In this document: one piece after another, positions 1 through 8,150 of the stretch
How positions within the stretch are numbered: position 1 is the stretch's first letter
Layout of the letters: every line of letters begins with the position of its first letter
The notes under the pieces: generated by a model
Database searches by the model: none
The model's input: only the letters and a program-made list of their open reading frames with translations
What the model was told of the DNA's origin: nothing
Program-made: the position numbers and the translations under genes
DNA from: a virus
Lineage: Duplodnaviria > Heunggongvirae > Uroviricota > Caudoviricetes
Length of the DNA: 36,705 nucleotides
Direction: 5' to 3' (one strand)
Virus record (IMG/VR): IMGVR_UViG_3300026484_000600

Positions 1-315
1 TTAGATTTTAGATAATGATTTTACTTCATCCCATGAACCAATATTGTATTCAATGAATTTATCAGCTTCAGCACGATCTTTTGCTTTGTAATCATGTTTA
101 TGATCTCTAAACATAGATTTAACAGCATTTTCATAATTTTTCATCTCTTCCTCACCGATTGGTTCTCTTGGGTCTCTCATCATAGCCATTGTAACTAAAT
201 AGATAGCTTCATCTTTATGACCTTCATCTTGAGTGATTAGATCTAATTCACCAATAAGTCTAATCCCTGAACCTCTTGTATAAATTCCCATTTTGATTTC
301 TTTTGTTAATGGCAT
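1..315 (-). CDS. hypothetical phage protein
   Basis: 104 aa ORF, AAGGA RBS, own sigma70 promoter at 346-374. Confidence 0.8.
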   Translation of the reverse strand: MPLTKEIKMGIYTRGSGIRLIGELDLITQDEGHKDEAIYLVTMAMMRDPREPIGEEEMKNYENAVKSMFRDHKHDYKAKDRAEADKFIEYNIGSWDEVKSLSKI

Positions 316-345
316 TTGTGATTTCCTTTTCTTTTTATATAATAT

Positions 346-374
346 ATTATACCCTAATTTAGGTATAAAGTCAA
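346..374 (-). promoter_or_regulatory. sigma70-type early promoter
   Basis: TTGACT-N17-TATAAT on minus strand. Confidence 0.85.
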
Positions 375-384
375 GTATTTCGAA

Positions 385-603
385 TTAAAATTCGATATAA
401 TCCACATGTTGGCGATTTAAATTTTCTAGAATCTCTTGATCATTATCATTTCCAAAATGAGTGATAATATTTACTATAGCTTCCAAATCAAACGATTGGC
501 TATCACTATGAGTTGAGACCATAGTAGGCTCAACTCTAGCACTAATATTAGCTTTAACTTTCTCACTAAAAGCTGGGTTATATGCAGTTAATAGAATTGT
601 CAT
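385..603 (-). CDS. hypothetical protein
   Basis: 72 aa ORF directly downstream of 616..891, GAAGG RBS. Confidence 0.7.
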   Translation of the reverse strand: MTILLTAYNPAFSEKVKANISARVEPTMVSTHSDSQSFDLEAIVNIITHFGNDNDQEILENLNRQHVDYIEF

Positions 604-615
604 AGACTTTGCCTT

Positions 616-891
616 CTATGAATTCAAATCAGCAAGTTTGTATTCACCACTTGCAACTTTTTTTCTTGTTTCAGCAACACCACTATCACCTAAAAAAGCA
701 TTTCTATATTTTCCAGTTGTAGTTGAATGATCATAAACATTGTTTAAAGTAACTGAACCATCATTTGCAATAAATGCTATGATTGTTTCGTATGATTGAA
801 AAAATCTACCTTCATCTGTTTCAATAATAAACTGATTTGCTATCTCTCTACCACTATTCCCTACCATATTTGAAACTTTAGCTTTTACCAT
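616..891 (-). CDS. hypothetical phage protein
   Basis: 91 aa ORF, AAGGA RBS, promoter at 921-949; FQSYETIIA and HSTTTGKY pattern resembles small phage early proteins. Confidence 0.8.
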   Translation of the reverse strand: MVKAKVSNMVGNSGREIANQFIIETDEGRFFQSYETIIAFIANDGSVTLNNVYDHSTTTGKYRNAFLGDSGVAETRKKVASGEYKLADLNS

Positions 892-920
892 TTTGTTATC
901 CTTTTGATTAATTATGCCAT

Positions 921-949
921 ATTATAACATAGTTTGACTAAAAAGTCAA
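921..949 (-). promoter_or_regulatory. sigma70-type early promoter with conserved 24-bp core (908-931)
   Basis: TTGACT-N17-TATAAT; exact TATGTTATAATATGGCATAATTAA. Confidence 0.9.
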
Positions 950-954
950 GCTAT

Positions 955-1344
955 TTAGAGATATTCTTCGATTAATGCTTCAGTTATATTGCCCATTGTT
1001 GATATTAACTCATTAGTTACTATATCAAGTTCTTTTTCATAAATATCGGTTTCATTCTCTTTAAGCCAATAAAGAGTTAAAAATTTATCTTCTAAATCTA
1101 TAACTTCATCTTCCATTAAACGTTCAACTAATTGATCACGATAATCTTCAGTATCAATCTCAAATTCAAAGTCATCAATATAAACATCCATTGTTTTTGG
1201 TAAATCTCCTCTATCTTCAACAAATGATTCATATATTTCATCAACAACTAAATCATCATCTTCTGGTTCTAACTCTGCGAAAGTTGTTAGGATTCCTCTG
1301 TTACCATCTGCATCCGCTCCATAATTTTCAGTCCAAACATTCAT
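955..1344 (-). CDS. highly acidic hypothetical protein
   Basis: 129 aa from ATG 1344 (RBS AAAGGGG); hand count 41 D/E vs 8 K/R. Confidence 0.8.
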   Translation of the reverse strand: MNVWTENYGADADGNRGILTTFAELEPEDDDLVVDEIYESFVEDRGDLPKTMDVYIDDFEFEIDTEDYRDQLVERLMEDEVIDLEDKFLTLYWLKENETDIYEKELDIVTNELISTMGNITEALIEEYL

Positions 1345-1372
1345 AATCACCCCTTTAATTTAAATATACACG

Positions 1373-1401
1373 ATTATAACATATTTTGATTAAAAAATCA
1401 A
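1373..1401 (-). promoter_or_regulatory. sigma70-type early promoter
   Basis: TTGATT-N17-TATAAT with TG extension. Confidence 0.8.
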
Positions 1402-2258
1402 GCTTCTTCAGTAGTTTTTTCATTTAACTGTGCAAGTTTTAAAGCTCTCTGTTTTTTTGCATGAGCTAATCGAGCACGTTTTCTTGATAATTTTGCCTTG
1501 CCTCTTGTACTTGATGAATCAGGAGCAAACTGCTGCATAAAATCTATTTTAGATACACCAAACTCTTTTGCTAAATCTGATATAGTTTCACCATTTAGTA
1601 ATGCTTCTACCACCCTACGTTTATCTGCATCTAATTTAGTCATTTCGAGTTCAACTTCTGCTTCTGTCATATCTAAATCTTCTATCCAAGATTGTTCTGC
1701 AAATGGAGTCCCTACTGCAGTTTCCAAAATATCAAAATCCTCAGCATCTTGAGTTTGAAAATTTGATACGGTTGCAAGTTTAAATGGCCGTCTTTTTGAC
1801 GTCTCAAATCGAACATACTCATTAAATAGATCTCTATTGAACCGTTTTTTTGCTTCATCACTACCATCAAGTTCATTTAATTCATTGAATTCTTTAGACT
1901 TTGTTAAACCCCGGTCCTTTATTTCCTTATATGAATCACCTTCTTGAGTTAATTCATAAGTAGTTACGGCATTAGTTTTAAAAGTACTATTCATAGTATT
2001 TAAAAAGTTCCAAATACCCCATTGAATATGATTTTGGACATACGTATTAAACTTTGACATCGTTGGATCCCAATCATTCCATGCTTTAACAATTGCTTCA
2101 TCAGCAACAGAAAATAAATCATCGATACCATAACCTGGACCTGTATATGTTTTAAATTTCATAACCATTGATGTTCTTGTTCCTTGAACTGATTGGTATG
2201 CTTCCTCAAATGATTTAAAAGATTCCCGTTCGGATAATGAGATCTGTGCTTCTGACAT
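1398..2258 (-). CDS. phage sigma70-family RNA polymerase sigma factor-like protein
   Basis: Region-2-like DDLFSVADEAIVKAWNDWDPTMSKFNTYVQNHI and region-4-like HTH LDADKRRVVEALLNGETISDLAKEFGVSK. Confidence 0.7.
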   Translation of the reverse strand: MSEAQISLSERESFKSFEEAYQSVQGTRTSMVMKFKTYTGPGYGIDDLFSVADEAIVKAWNDWDPTMSKFNTYVQNHIQWGIWNFLNTMNSTFKTNAVTTYELTQEGDSYKEIKDRGLTKSKEFNELNELDGSDEAKKRFNRDLFNEYVRFETSKRRPFKLATVSNFQTQDAEDFDILETAVGTPFAEQSWIEDLDMTEAEVELEMTKLDADKRRVVEALLNGETISDLAKEFGVSKIDFMQQFAPDSSSTRGKAKLSRKRARLAHAKKQRALKLAQLNEKTTEEA

Positions 2259-2286
2259 AAATATTCCTTTAATTTAAAATTACTAT

Positions 2287-2315
2287 ATTATATCAAAATT
2301 TAAATTAAAAGTCAA
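2287..2315 (-). promoter_or_regulatory. sigma70-type early promoter
   Basis: TTGACT-N17-TATAAT. Confidence 0.85.
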
Positions 2316-2340
2316 GTTTTAGGAAATTATAATGAAGATT

Positions 2341-2364
2341 GGCCATAGAATATTATCTATGACC
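2341..2364 (-). terminator. hairpin downstream of rIIB, possible terminator
   Basis: ggccataga/tctatgacc stem (8 of 9 pairs). Confidence 0.4.
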
Positions 2365-2391
2365 ATATTTTGAAGTTATTTTAAGGTAGAT

Positions 2392-3519
2392 TTAATTGTA
2401 GTAACCACAACTTGGACATTCACTCATACCATCCAAATCATATCCACAACGACCACATACATCTTTATCCGATGTATCATTTTCAAGGATTTCATCTAAA
2501 ATAGTTTTATCTAAATCACCTGATTTGATCAGTCTAGCAATCATTTTACCAATGCCAGTTGTATCATTTCTTAAAGTTTTTCTACTAAATGATGCCATAG
2601 TTTCATTTGATAAACCTTTATCATTTAAGATTGCTCTGATCCAAGCGTCATCAATAGTACAATTATCTAAACCTTCTGTAATTTGTTTACCGATAGCTTT
2701 TGCTTCTTCAGCAACAGTATCAACAATACCATCAATTTTACCTGTAGTAACATCTGCTGTTTCAACTACTGATTGTTTTGATAATGTATTTTCAGCTTGA
2801 TAATCTTCAACCTCACCGATTACTTTATACTCACAGCAACGCATTTTGGTGTTGTTATAATCTTTTGGGATAGAAACCACATCTGAAGGATTTATCTCGC
2901 AGATAACAACTCTATCATTATTAGTTGAACCAAATGAAGGGAGATAATCATAACTACAAACATGTAAGCCAGTACTACAAGTTTGATTTGAGTCTTCATT
3001 TACCTGGTTACGAGGCATTGAAATTACTGCACCAATTGAGTTATCAATTGTACCTGTATAAATGTCTTTCCAATCATTTCTAATTTTTTTGTAAGCGAGA
3101 AATGTTCCATTTTCAGTAATTGGGATTGCTCCAGCTTCAAGAAAATCATAAAGTTCGTTTACAGCACGATATGAAGGGTTTTTCATAAGGTTTTCTAAAA
3201 ACTTAACCATATGACTAATATCAAAACCTTCTTTTGCCATTGAAATGATACGGTCTGTTAAAGTGTTATGAATTGGTTTACCATTATATAATACTTCTCC
3301 ATCTTTAATAGTAACTATATTTTCACCAATATCACTAGCATTGATTGCATTTTCAACTTCTTGGGCGATATTTACAAGTTCTGGCACTAAATCCCATTCT
3401 TGGTTTTTAAGAGCCTCTTTAATAGCTTCATAATTTTTATGGGCTGTATCAATGGGTTTCATTGTTCCCTCTAGCATTATACTGATTGTTCCATTACCGT
3501 TGATGATGTGTGGTAGCAT
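2392..3519 (-). CDS. rIIB: rIIB-like protein
   Basis: Typical rIIB motifs FLENLMKNPS, PITENGTFLAYKKI, MPRNQV, CSTGLHVCSYDY, INPSDVVSIPKDYNNTKMRCCEYKV; extra C-terminal CxxC...CxxC zinc ribbon. Confidence 0.9.
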   Translation of the reverse strand: MLPHIINGNGTISIMLEGTMKPIDTAHKNYEAIKEALKNQEWDLVPELVNIAQEVENAINASDIGENIVTIKDGEVLYNGKPIHNTLTDRIISMAKEGFDISHMVKFLENLMKNPSYRAVNELYDFLEAGAIPITENGTFLAYKKIRNDWKDIYTGTIDNSIGAVISMPRNQVNEDSNQTCSTGLHVCSYDYLPSFGSTNNDRVVICEINPSDVVSIPKDYNNTKMRCCEYKVIGEVEDYQAENTLSKQSVVETADVTTGKIDGIVDTVAEEAKAIGKQITEGLDNCTIDDAWIRAILNDKGLSNETMASFSRKTLRNDTTGIGKMIARLIKSGDLDKTILDEILENDTSDKDVCGRCGYDLDGMSECPSCGYYN

Positions 3520-3548
3520 GTTTTTCCTTTTTATTTTTAATATATGAT

Positions 3549-3577
3549 ATTATAACAAAATATATCTTAAATTTAAA
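3549..3577 (-). promoter_or_regulatory. extended -10 promoter for rIIB
   Basis: TGTTATAAT with weak -35 (TTTAAA) at 17-bp spacing. Confidence 0.5.
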
Positions 3578-3604
3578 TAAATAAAAATAAAAAAAGGAGT
3601 TGTA

Positions 3605-4303
3605 ATGACTTTAACAGAATTGAACATGGTTTCGGTACCTGCTTCACAGGCTATACTTTTAGAAATGATGGATGTACAAACATATTTATCTGGAATAAAA
3701 TATACTATTAATGAATTTAAAAATAGTGTAAAAGATGGAATAAAATCTTTTAAAGATGCAACAACAGCAATTATGTTAGCTGCAAAAAATAAAAAAGCTT
3801 TAGAATCCCTTAATGCTTCAATTAAACATCATATTGAAAATAAGCTTTATAAGCCTTTAGAAGAAAAATTATCAAAACTTTCAAATAGTGAAGCATTAAT
3901 TAAAATTATTAAAAACAATTTGTTTAGAAAACTTTATAATGTGAGTGGTTGGAATGGTGTTATTGCAAATTTAAGTTTCATAGCTTTATCAAATGAGATA
4001 ATATCAGCAATAAACAATAAGATAGATGAAAATACTAAAGGAAAAGTTACTGAAATTGGTGATGTTCTTATTGCAAGTGTTAAATCGGTTATCGCTGCTA
4101 TGTTTAAAAAAATAACTCATGTGCCTTTCAAAACTGCTGAAAAATTATTTAATGCTTTAATGAAATTTAAATCGTATGTAATTGATATAGTTTCATCAGC
4201 ATTAGATGATGTTATTAGAGGAAAAGAATTTTGGGTACGTTTACCTATTGTACAAAGCAAAGAACAGATGCTTGGTAAAGATGCATCATTTGTAACCGCA
4301 TAA
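3605..4303 (+). CDS. hypothetical helical protein (possibly late/virion-associated)
   Basis: 232 aa ORF, AAGGAG RBS, AATAAATA at 3576-3583, no TTGAC promoter. Confidence 0.75.
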   Translation: MTLTELNMVSVPASQAILLEMMDVQTYLSGIKYTINEFKNSVKDGIKSFKDATTAIMLAAKNKKALESLNASIKHHIENKLYKPLEEKLSKLSNSEALIKIIKNNLFRKLYNVSGWNGVIANLSFIALSNEIISAINNKIDENTKGKVTEIGDVLIASVKSVIAAMFKKITHVPFKTAEKLFNALMKFKSYVIDIVSSALDDVIRGKEFWVRLPIVQSKEQMLGKDASFVTA

Positions 4304-4426
4304 GTGTTTTTTCATGGAATAATTTTTAAATATATATTCTATAAAAATAAATAACTTAAAAATATTTTTTTAGTTTTTTGTAAAATATTAAGTATAAATA
4401 ATTTAAATTTTACAAAGGCTTTATGG

Positions 4427-5608
4427 TTGCAATCTAAATTTAAACATCTCTTTTGGAATATTACTAAATCTGAAATTGACTTAGTTAATGTACTTATTAA
4501 TATTGTTGAACGAGATGATGCGTTTGCTACAGATGGTATAGATCGCAACCAGTTGGGCTACGTAATAGATACTAATATGCATGAATTATCATCATCTCTT
4601 GGATTTTTAGAATTACGTATTGAAACTATTATGCAGACTCTTGAATCTCTTTCAAAATCAGTTGCTACAATATATCATGAAACTGACAACAGTATCCTTA
4701 TGTCTAAAGCTACATTTGTATATCAATATAATATAAGTAGTACTAATAATGATATTAATAAACGATTAAATATTATTGTGAATACTACTATGATTAAATT
4801 ATTGAGAAATAATTTACATTTATTTGAATTATTATATAGAATTGATAAGTATGGTTTAAAAAGCAAATATAGTAAAATAATTTATGAAAAATTCTATAAA
4901 AAAGATAGAACTGTTAGTACTTATTCAATAGAAGAATTAGTACGTATGATCGATTTTGGGTTAGAATATAAAGAACTTACTTGGTCGAGGCTAAATAGCA
5001 ATATTTTAAAGAGGGTTTCCAAAGAGTTAAATGAAAAAACAAATTTATATTTTGAGTATAATAAAATTAAGACAACTGTTGCTGAAACAAATAGAGTACA
5101 AACTGCTGAAATTAGAATAGTAACACATGTTGCTCCTGAAGTTGAAGAACCGAATACATATTTTAGTAAAGAATTTTTGATGAATAGAAAAGTTGCATAT
5201 TATATAGAAAGAGATATAAATCGCAAGTTTAAAGAAATAACGAGATTTAAAACGAAAGATGCTATAGAAAATCCTGAAGCATACAAACATAAATTACGGA
5301 AAGAAGCTTTTAAATTAAGAGATGAATACGAAGCTAAAGTATTATTACAAGAATGGTTAAATAATATTAAATACAACAATTATGAACACGAAGGTTTAGT
5401 TGTATTACAAGATTATAGTAAAGACAATCAATTCATAACGGTTAATAATAATTATAAACTTTATGATATAGAAAAAGGTGTTGAGGTATCCACTAGTGCC
5501 AGAGACACTAGGATGAAAATACAATCATTTATGAAGAAAGGACATTATGATATTGTAGAGACTACGGAATATATAAAGAATTGCTCTATTAGTTATACAA
5601 TGGGTTAA
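4427..5608 (+). CDS. divergent Rep_3 (RepB-like) replication initiator paralog A
   Basis: LKSKYSKIIYE and WSRLNSNILKRVSKELNEKTNL match Rep_3 WH2 motifs; TTG start; TATAAATA at 4393-4400; no adjacent iterons seen. Confidence 0.7.
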   Translation: MQSKFKHLFWNITKSEIDLVNVLINIVERDDAFATDGIDRNQLGYVIDTNMHELSSSLGFLELRIETIMQTLESLSKSVATIYHETDNSILMSKATFVYQYNISSTNNDINKRLNIIVNTTMIKLLRNNLHLFELLYRIDKYGLKSKYSKIIYEKFYKKDRTVSTYSIEELVRMIDFGLEYKELTWSRLNSNILKRVSKELNEKTNLYFEYNKIKTTVAETNRVQTAEIRIVTHVAPEVEEPNTYFSKEFLMNRKVAYYIERDINRKFKEITRFKTKDAIENPEAYKHKLRKEAFKLRDEYEAKVLLQEWLNNIKYNNYEHEGLVVLQDYSKDNQFITVNNNYKLYDIEKGVEVSTSARDTRMKIQSFMKKGHYDIVETTEYIKNCSISYTMG

Positions 5609-6454
5609 TTATTTCACAAAAAATAAATCTGCAATTTTCTTAGGTAGAATATCACCCAATGCCTCAACACTACCTTTTGGAATTGAAATAGTATCATGTG
5701 GTCCATGAGATTCTCTAGGATTGATTCTAACAAGCTGCGCATCTGGTATTTTTTCTTGTATAAATTCTCCCATATTTCTAATAGTTGGTATTGCTGTACC
5801 AGCACCAATTTCAATAACTACTATTTTTGTACCGTTTTTATCATATTTATGCATGAATGCGTTGAAACGTTTCTCTTGTTCAGAAGTTTCTTTTTGATTA
5901 AAATCAAAATCACCAAACATCATAATGTTTGGTCTAGCCATTGCACCGCATTTAGGGCATTTTGGAAGTTTACCTTTGATTTTAAAAGTATTAGGATCTA
6001 CATCAAACTTTGTATCTTCTGGGGCATCCCATGGTTCATCATTACAATCAGTACATTGAAATTTATTGATTCTTCCATGAACTTCATAAACTTTGTCTTT
6101 ATCAAACCCAGCTTTTTGAAATTGACCATCAACATTTGAGGTAACGATAAAGTAATCTTTTTTATCTTTAACTAATTCTTTCAAGGCTGCAAATCCAATA
6201 TGAGGTGTAGTGATTTTGTAAGTGTCAAATCTATGACCGTAAAAAGCCCAAGCAAGTTCAGGATGTTGTTTGAATTGTTTTGGGTTAGCAATTGACATAA
6301 AGTCTATATTTTTCTTTTTTAGTGGTGGATAAGCTTTCCACATACCTTCATTTCCACGAAAATCTGGCAGTCCAGAGTCAACCCCCATACCAGCACCTGC
6401 TGTAATAATTACTACTTCTGCATCTTCAATTTCTTTAATCACATTCATCTCCAT
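5609..6454 (-). CDS. Sir2-family NAD-dependent protein deacylase
   Basis: GAGMGVDSGLPDFRG, TSNVDGQFQKAG, catalytic EVHG, CTDC/CPKC zinc ligands, RPNIMMFGD. Confidence 0.92.
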   Translation of the reverse strand: MEMNVIKEIEDAEVVIITAGAGMGVDSGLPDFRGNEGMWKAYPPLKKKNIDFMSIANPKQFKQHPELAWAFYGHRFDTYKITTPHIGFAALKELVKDKKDYFIVTSNVDGQFQKAGFDKDKVYEVHGRINKFQCTDCNDEPWDAPEDTKFDVDPNTFKIKGKLPKCPKCGAMARPNIMMFGDFDFNQKETSEQEKRFNAFMHKYDKNGTKIVVIEIGAGTAIPTIRNMGEFIQEKIPDAQLVRINPRESHGPHDTISIPKGSVEALGDILPKKIADLFFVK

Positions 6455-6485
6455 AAAGTATTTTCCTTTTATTTATTATAAGTAT

Positions 6486-6514
6486 ATTATATCATAATAA
6501 AATAAATAAGTCAA
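6486..6514 (-). promoter_or_regulatory. sigma70-type early promoter for Sir2 gene
   Basis: TTGACT-N17-TATAAT. Confidence 0.85.
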
Positions 6515-6527
6515 GCAAAATAAAGCT

Positions 6528-6567
6528 CCTCCTCTTTTAATATTCTTTTATATTCTTTAGGCAAAAT
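6528..6567 (-). repeat. partial third copy of the Rep-cassette distal box
   Basis: Reverse complement attttgcctaaagaatataaaagaatattaaaagaggagg closely matches part of the 84-bp boxes at 14363 and 16439. Confidence 0.85.
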
Positions 6568-6623
6568 GAAGAAGATATTTTGGGTTATTAATAAGGCGGT
6601 TTTATTTAATGCTTTAAATAAAT

Positions 6624-6735
6624 TCATTTTATACTTAGGGCGGTTTCATTTTAAATTTGGACTAAATGAAGGTTTTTTCATTTTGTACTTAGAATCAATT
6701 TTATACTTAGGTTAAATAAATCATTTTTTATTTAG
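6624..6735 (+). repeat. iteron array of Rep paralog B
   Basis: tcattttRtacttag-like 15-mers at 6624, 6646, 6678, 6696 (weaker at 6721); exact inverted copy of the 6678 unit at 6788-6802 over the ATG. Confidence 0.8.
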
Positions 6736-6798
6736 AAAAAATTAAAAAAATAATCATTTAAACAATAAATAAAATTAAAAATAAGGTCTAAGTACAAA

Positions 6799-7992
6799 AT
6801 GAAAAAAATAAAAACTGAGATTATGGAAATTAATAAACCTAGTGAATTAACACAAACAATGTTTTTTAAGAATGATGATAGTAATGCTATAGCATCATTA
6901 ACGGCTACACAGATGGATATGTTGAATTTAATTTTTTATAAAAGCAAAGAATATTTTATAAAAGAAAAGGTTGAAATATTAGAATTTATACCATTCGAAA
7001 TAGATTTAAAGATGATTTCAGAGACATTTGACAAATATAATACTGGAGCATATACAGATCTAATTAAGCAATTAGTTGAATTATCTGATATTAAAGTAGT
7101 TATAAATGTATTAGGTAAGAATAAAGATATGAATACTACCTTTACTAGGTTTATTCATAAAATAACAGTATCAAAACATAAAAATAATAATAGGAAAAAA
7201 GTAAGATTGATATTAGATGGAGATATATGTAAAATGATATTTAATGTAAAAAAATTATTTAGTAAATTTTACTTAAAAATACAATTTTCAATGAAATCAA
7301 AATATTCAAAATTACTATATGAACTTCTTAAAGATTATGAAGGGATTTTCACTAAAATTATTGATTATGAACTATTAGTAGGTTTATTGAATGTTGATTA
7401 TGAAAAAACAAACAATGGTAAATGGGCGTTATTCAATCAAAATATTCTTAAAAAAGCAGTTAAAGAAATTAATGAAAAATCAGATATTAAAGTTAGTTAT
7501 GAACCTATCAAAGAAAGACCTGATGGTGGTAGATTACAAGTAACTAAAATTAAATTTATGATGGAGAAACAAGATGAAAACAGATTGAAGGAATTAGGCA
7601 TTTTAGATCAAGAACCAGAATTATCGATAGAAGAGCAAATTCATCAAAATAAACTTAAAAATAAGTCAAAGGCTAAAATGGTTAAATTGGTTAAAAATGG
7701 ATACGAAATTAAAGATGAAGAATCTTGGATTAATACAGATATAAGGAAAAATGAAGAATTATATACTGCTCAATATAAATTAGATGATTATATTGATGCT
7801 TTAGATGATATGGACTTAGACAGCAAGCAAGAACTGCTTTCATCATTAGCTACTTATTTAAAAACTGATGATCCTATTGTATTAATTGACGGATATAGCA
7901 TTAAAGATCTTTCAGGTAATTTTTTAACCACCTCAGCAATCGAAACACGAAAAGTTATTTTAGATTTTCAAGAGGTGTCGGGGTCAAATTGA
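6799..7992 (+). CDS. Rep_3 (RepB-like) replication initiator paralog B
   Basis: INKPSEL, SLTATQMDML, MKSKYSKLLYELLKDY, FNQNILKKAVKEINEKSDIKVSY. Confidence 0.9.
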   Translation: MKKIKTEIMEINKPSELTQTMFFKNDDSNAIASLTATQMDMLNLIFYKSKEYFIKEKVEILEFIPFEIDLKMISETFDKYNTGAYTDLIKQLVELSDIKVVINVLGKNKDMNTTFTRFIHKITVSKHKNNNRKKVRLILDGDICKMIFNVKKLFSKFYLKIQFSMKSKYSKLLYELLKDYEGIFTKIIDYELLVGLLNVDYEKTNNGKWALFNQNILKKAVKEINEKSDIKVSYEPIKERPDGGRLQVTKIKFMMEKQDENRLKELGILDQEPELSIEEQIHQNKLKNKSKAKMVKLVKNGYEIKDEESWINTDIRKNEELYTAQYKLDDYIDALDDMDLDSKQELLSSLATYLKTDDPIVLIDGYSIKDLSGNFLTTSAIETRKVILDFQEVSGSN

Positions 7993-8010
7993 TAATGAAT
8001 ATTATTATCA
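7990..8010. promoter_or_regulatory. Fur-box-like dyad
   Basis: GATAATGAATATTATTATC (7991-8009) matches 16/19 to GATAATGATAATCATTATC. Confidence 0.35.
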
Positions 8011-8024
8011 AAATTAATTAGTAG

Positions 8025-8088
8025 TCTTAATTCAATCTTAAAATTATTTGATAATGATTTCAATAATCATTATCAATTGGCGACTCCC
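8025..8088 (+). repeat. about 65-bp intergenic repeat, copy 1
   Basis: tcttaa-N5-tcttaaaatt then exact 21-mer taatcattatcaattggcgac (8064-8084); second copy at 10870-10932; 12-bp perfect inverted repeat 8048-8076. Confidence 0.8.
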
Positions 8089-8150
8089 ATTTTTTTAAAA
8101 TAAAGTTAATTTTTTGAATAAATAGATTAAAATCAGATAAAGGAACGAAA

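Noticed and set aside
5609-6454. Sir2 as a defence NADase (ThsA/DSR type) or class M ADP-ribosyltransferase
   Set aside because: Has both zinc CxxC pairs and the catalytic His (EVHG, not QG), no defence partner domains and no macrodomain neighbour
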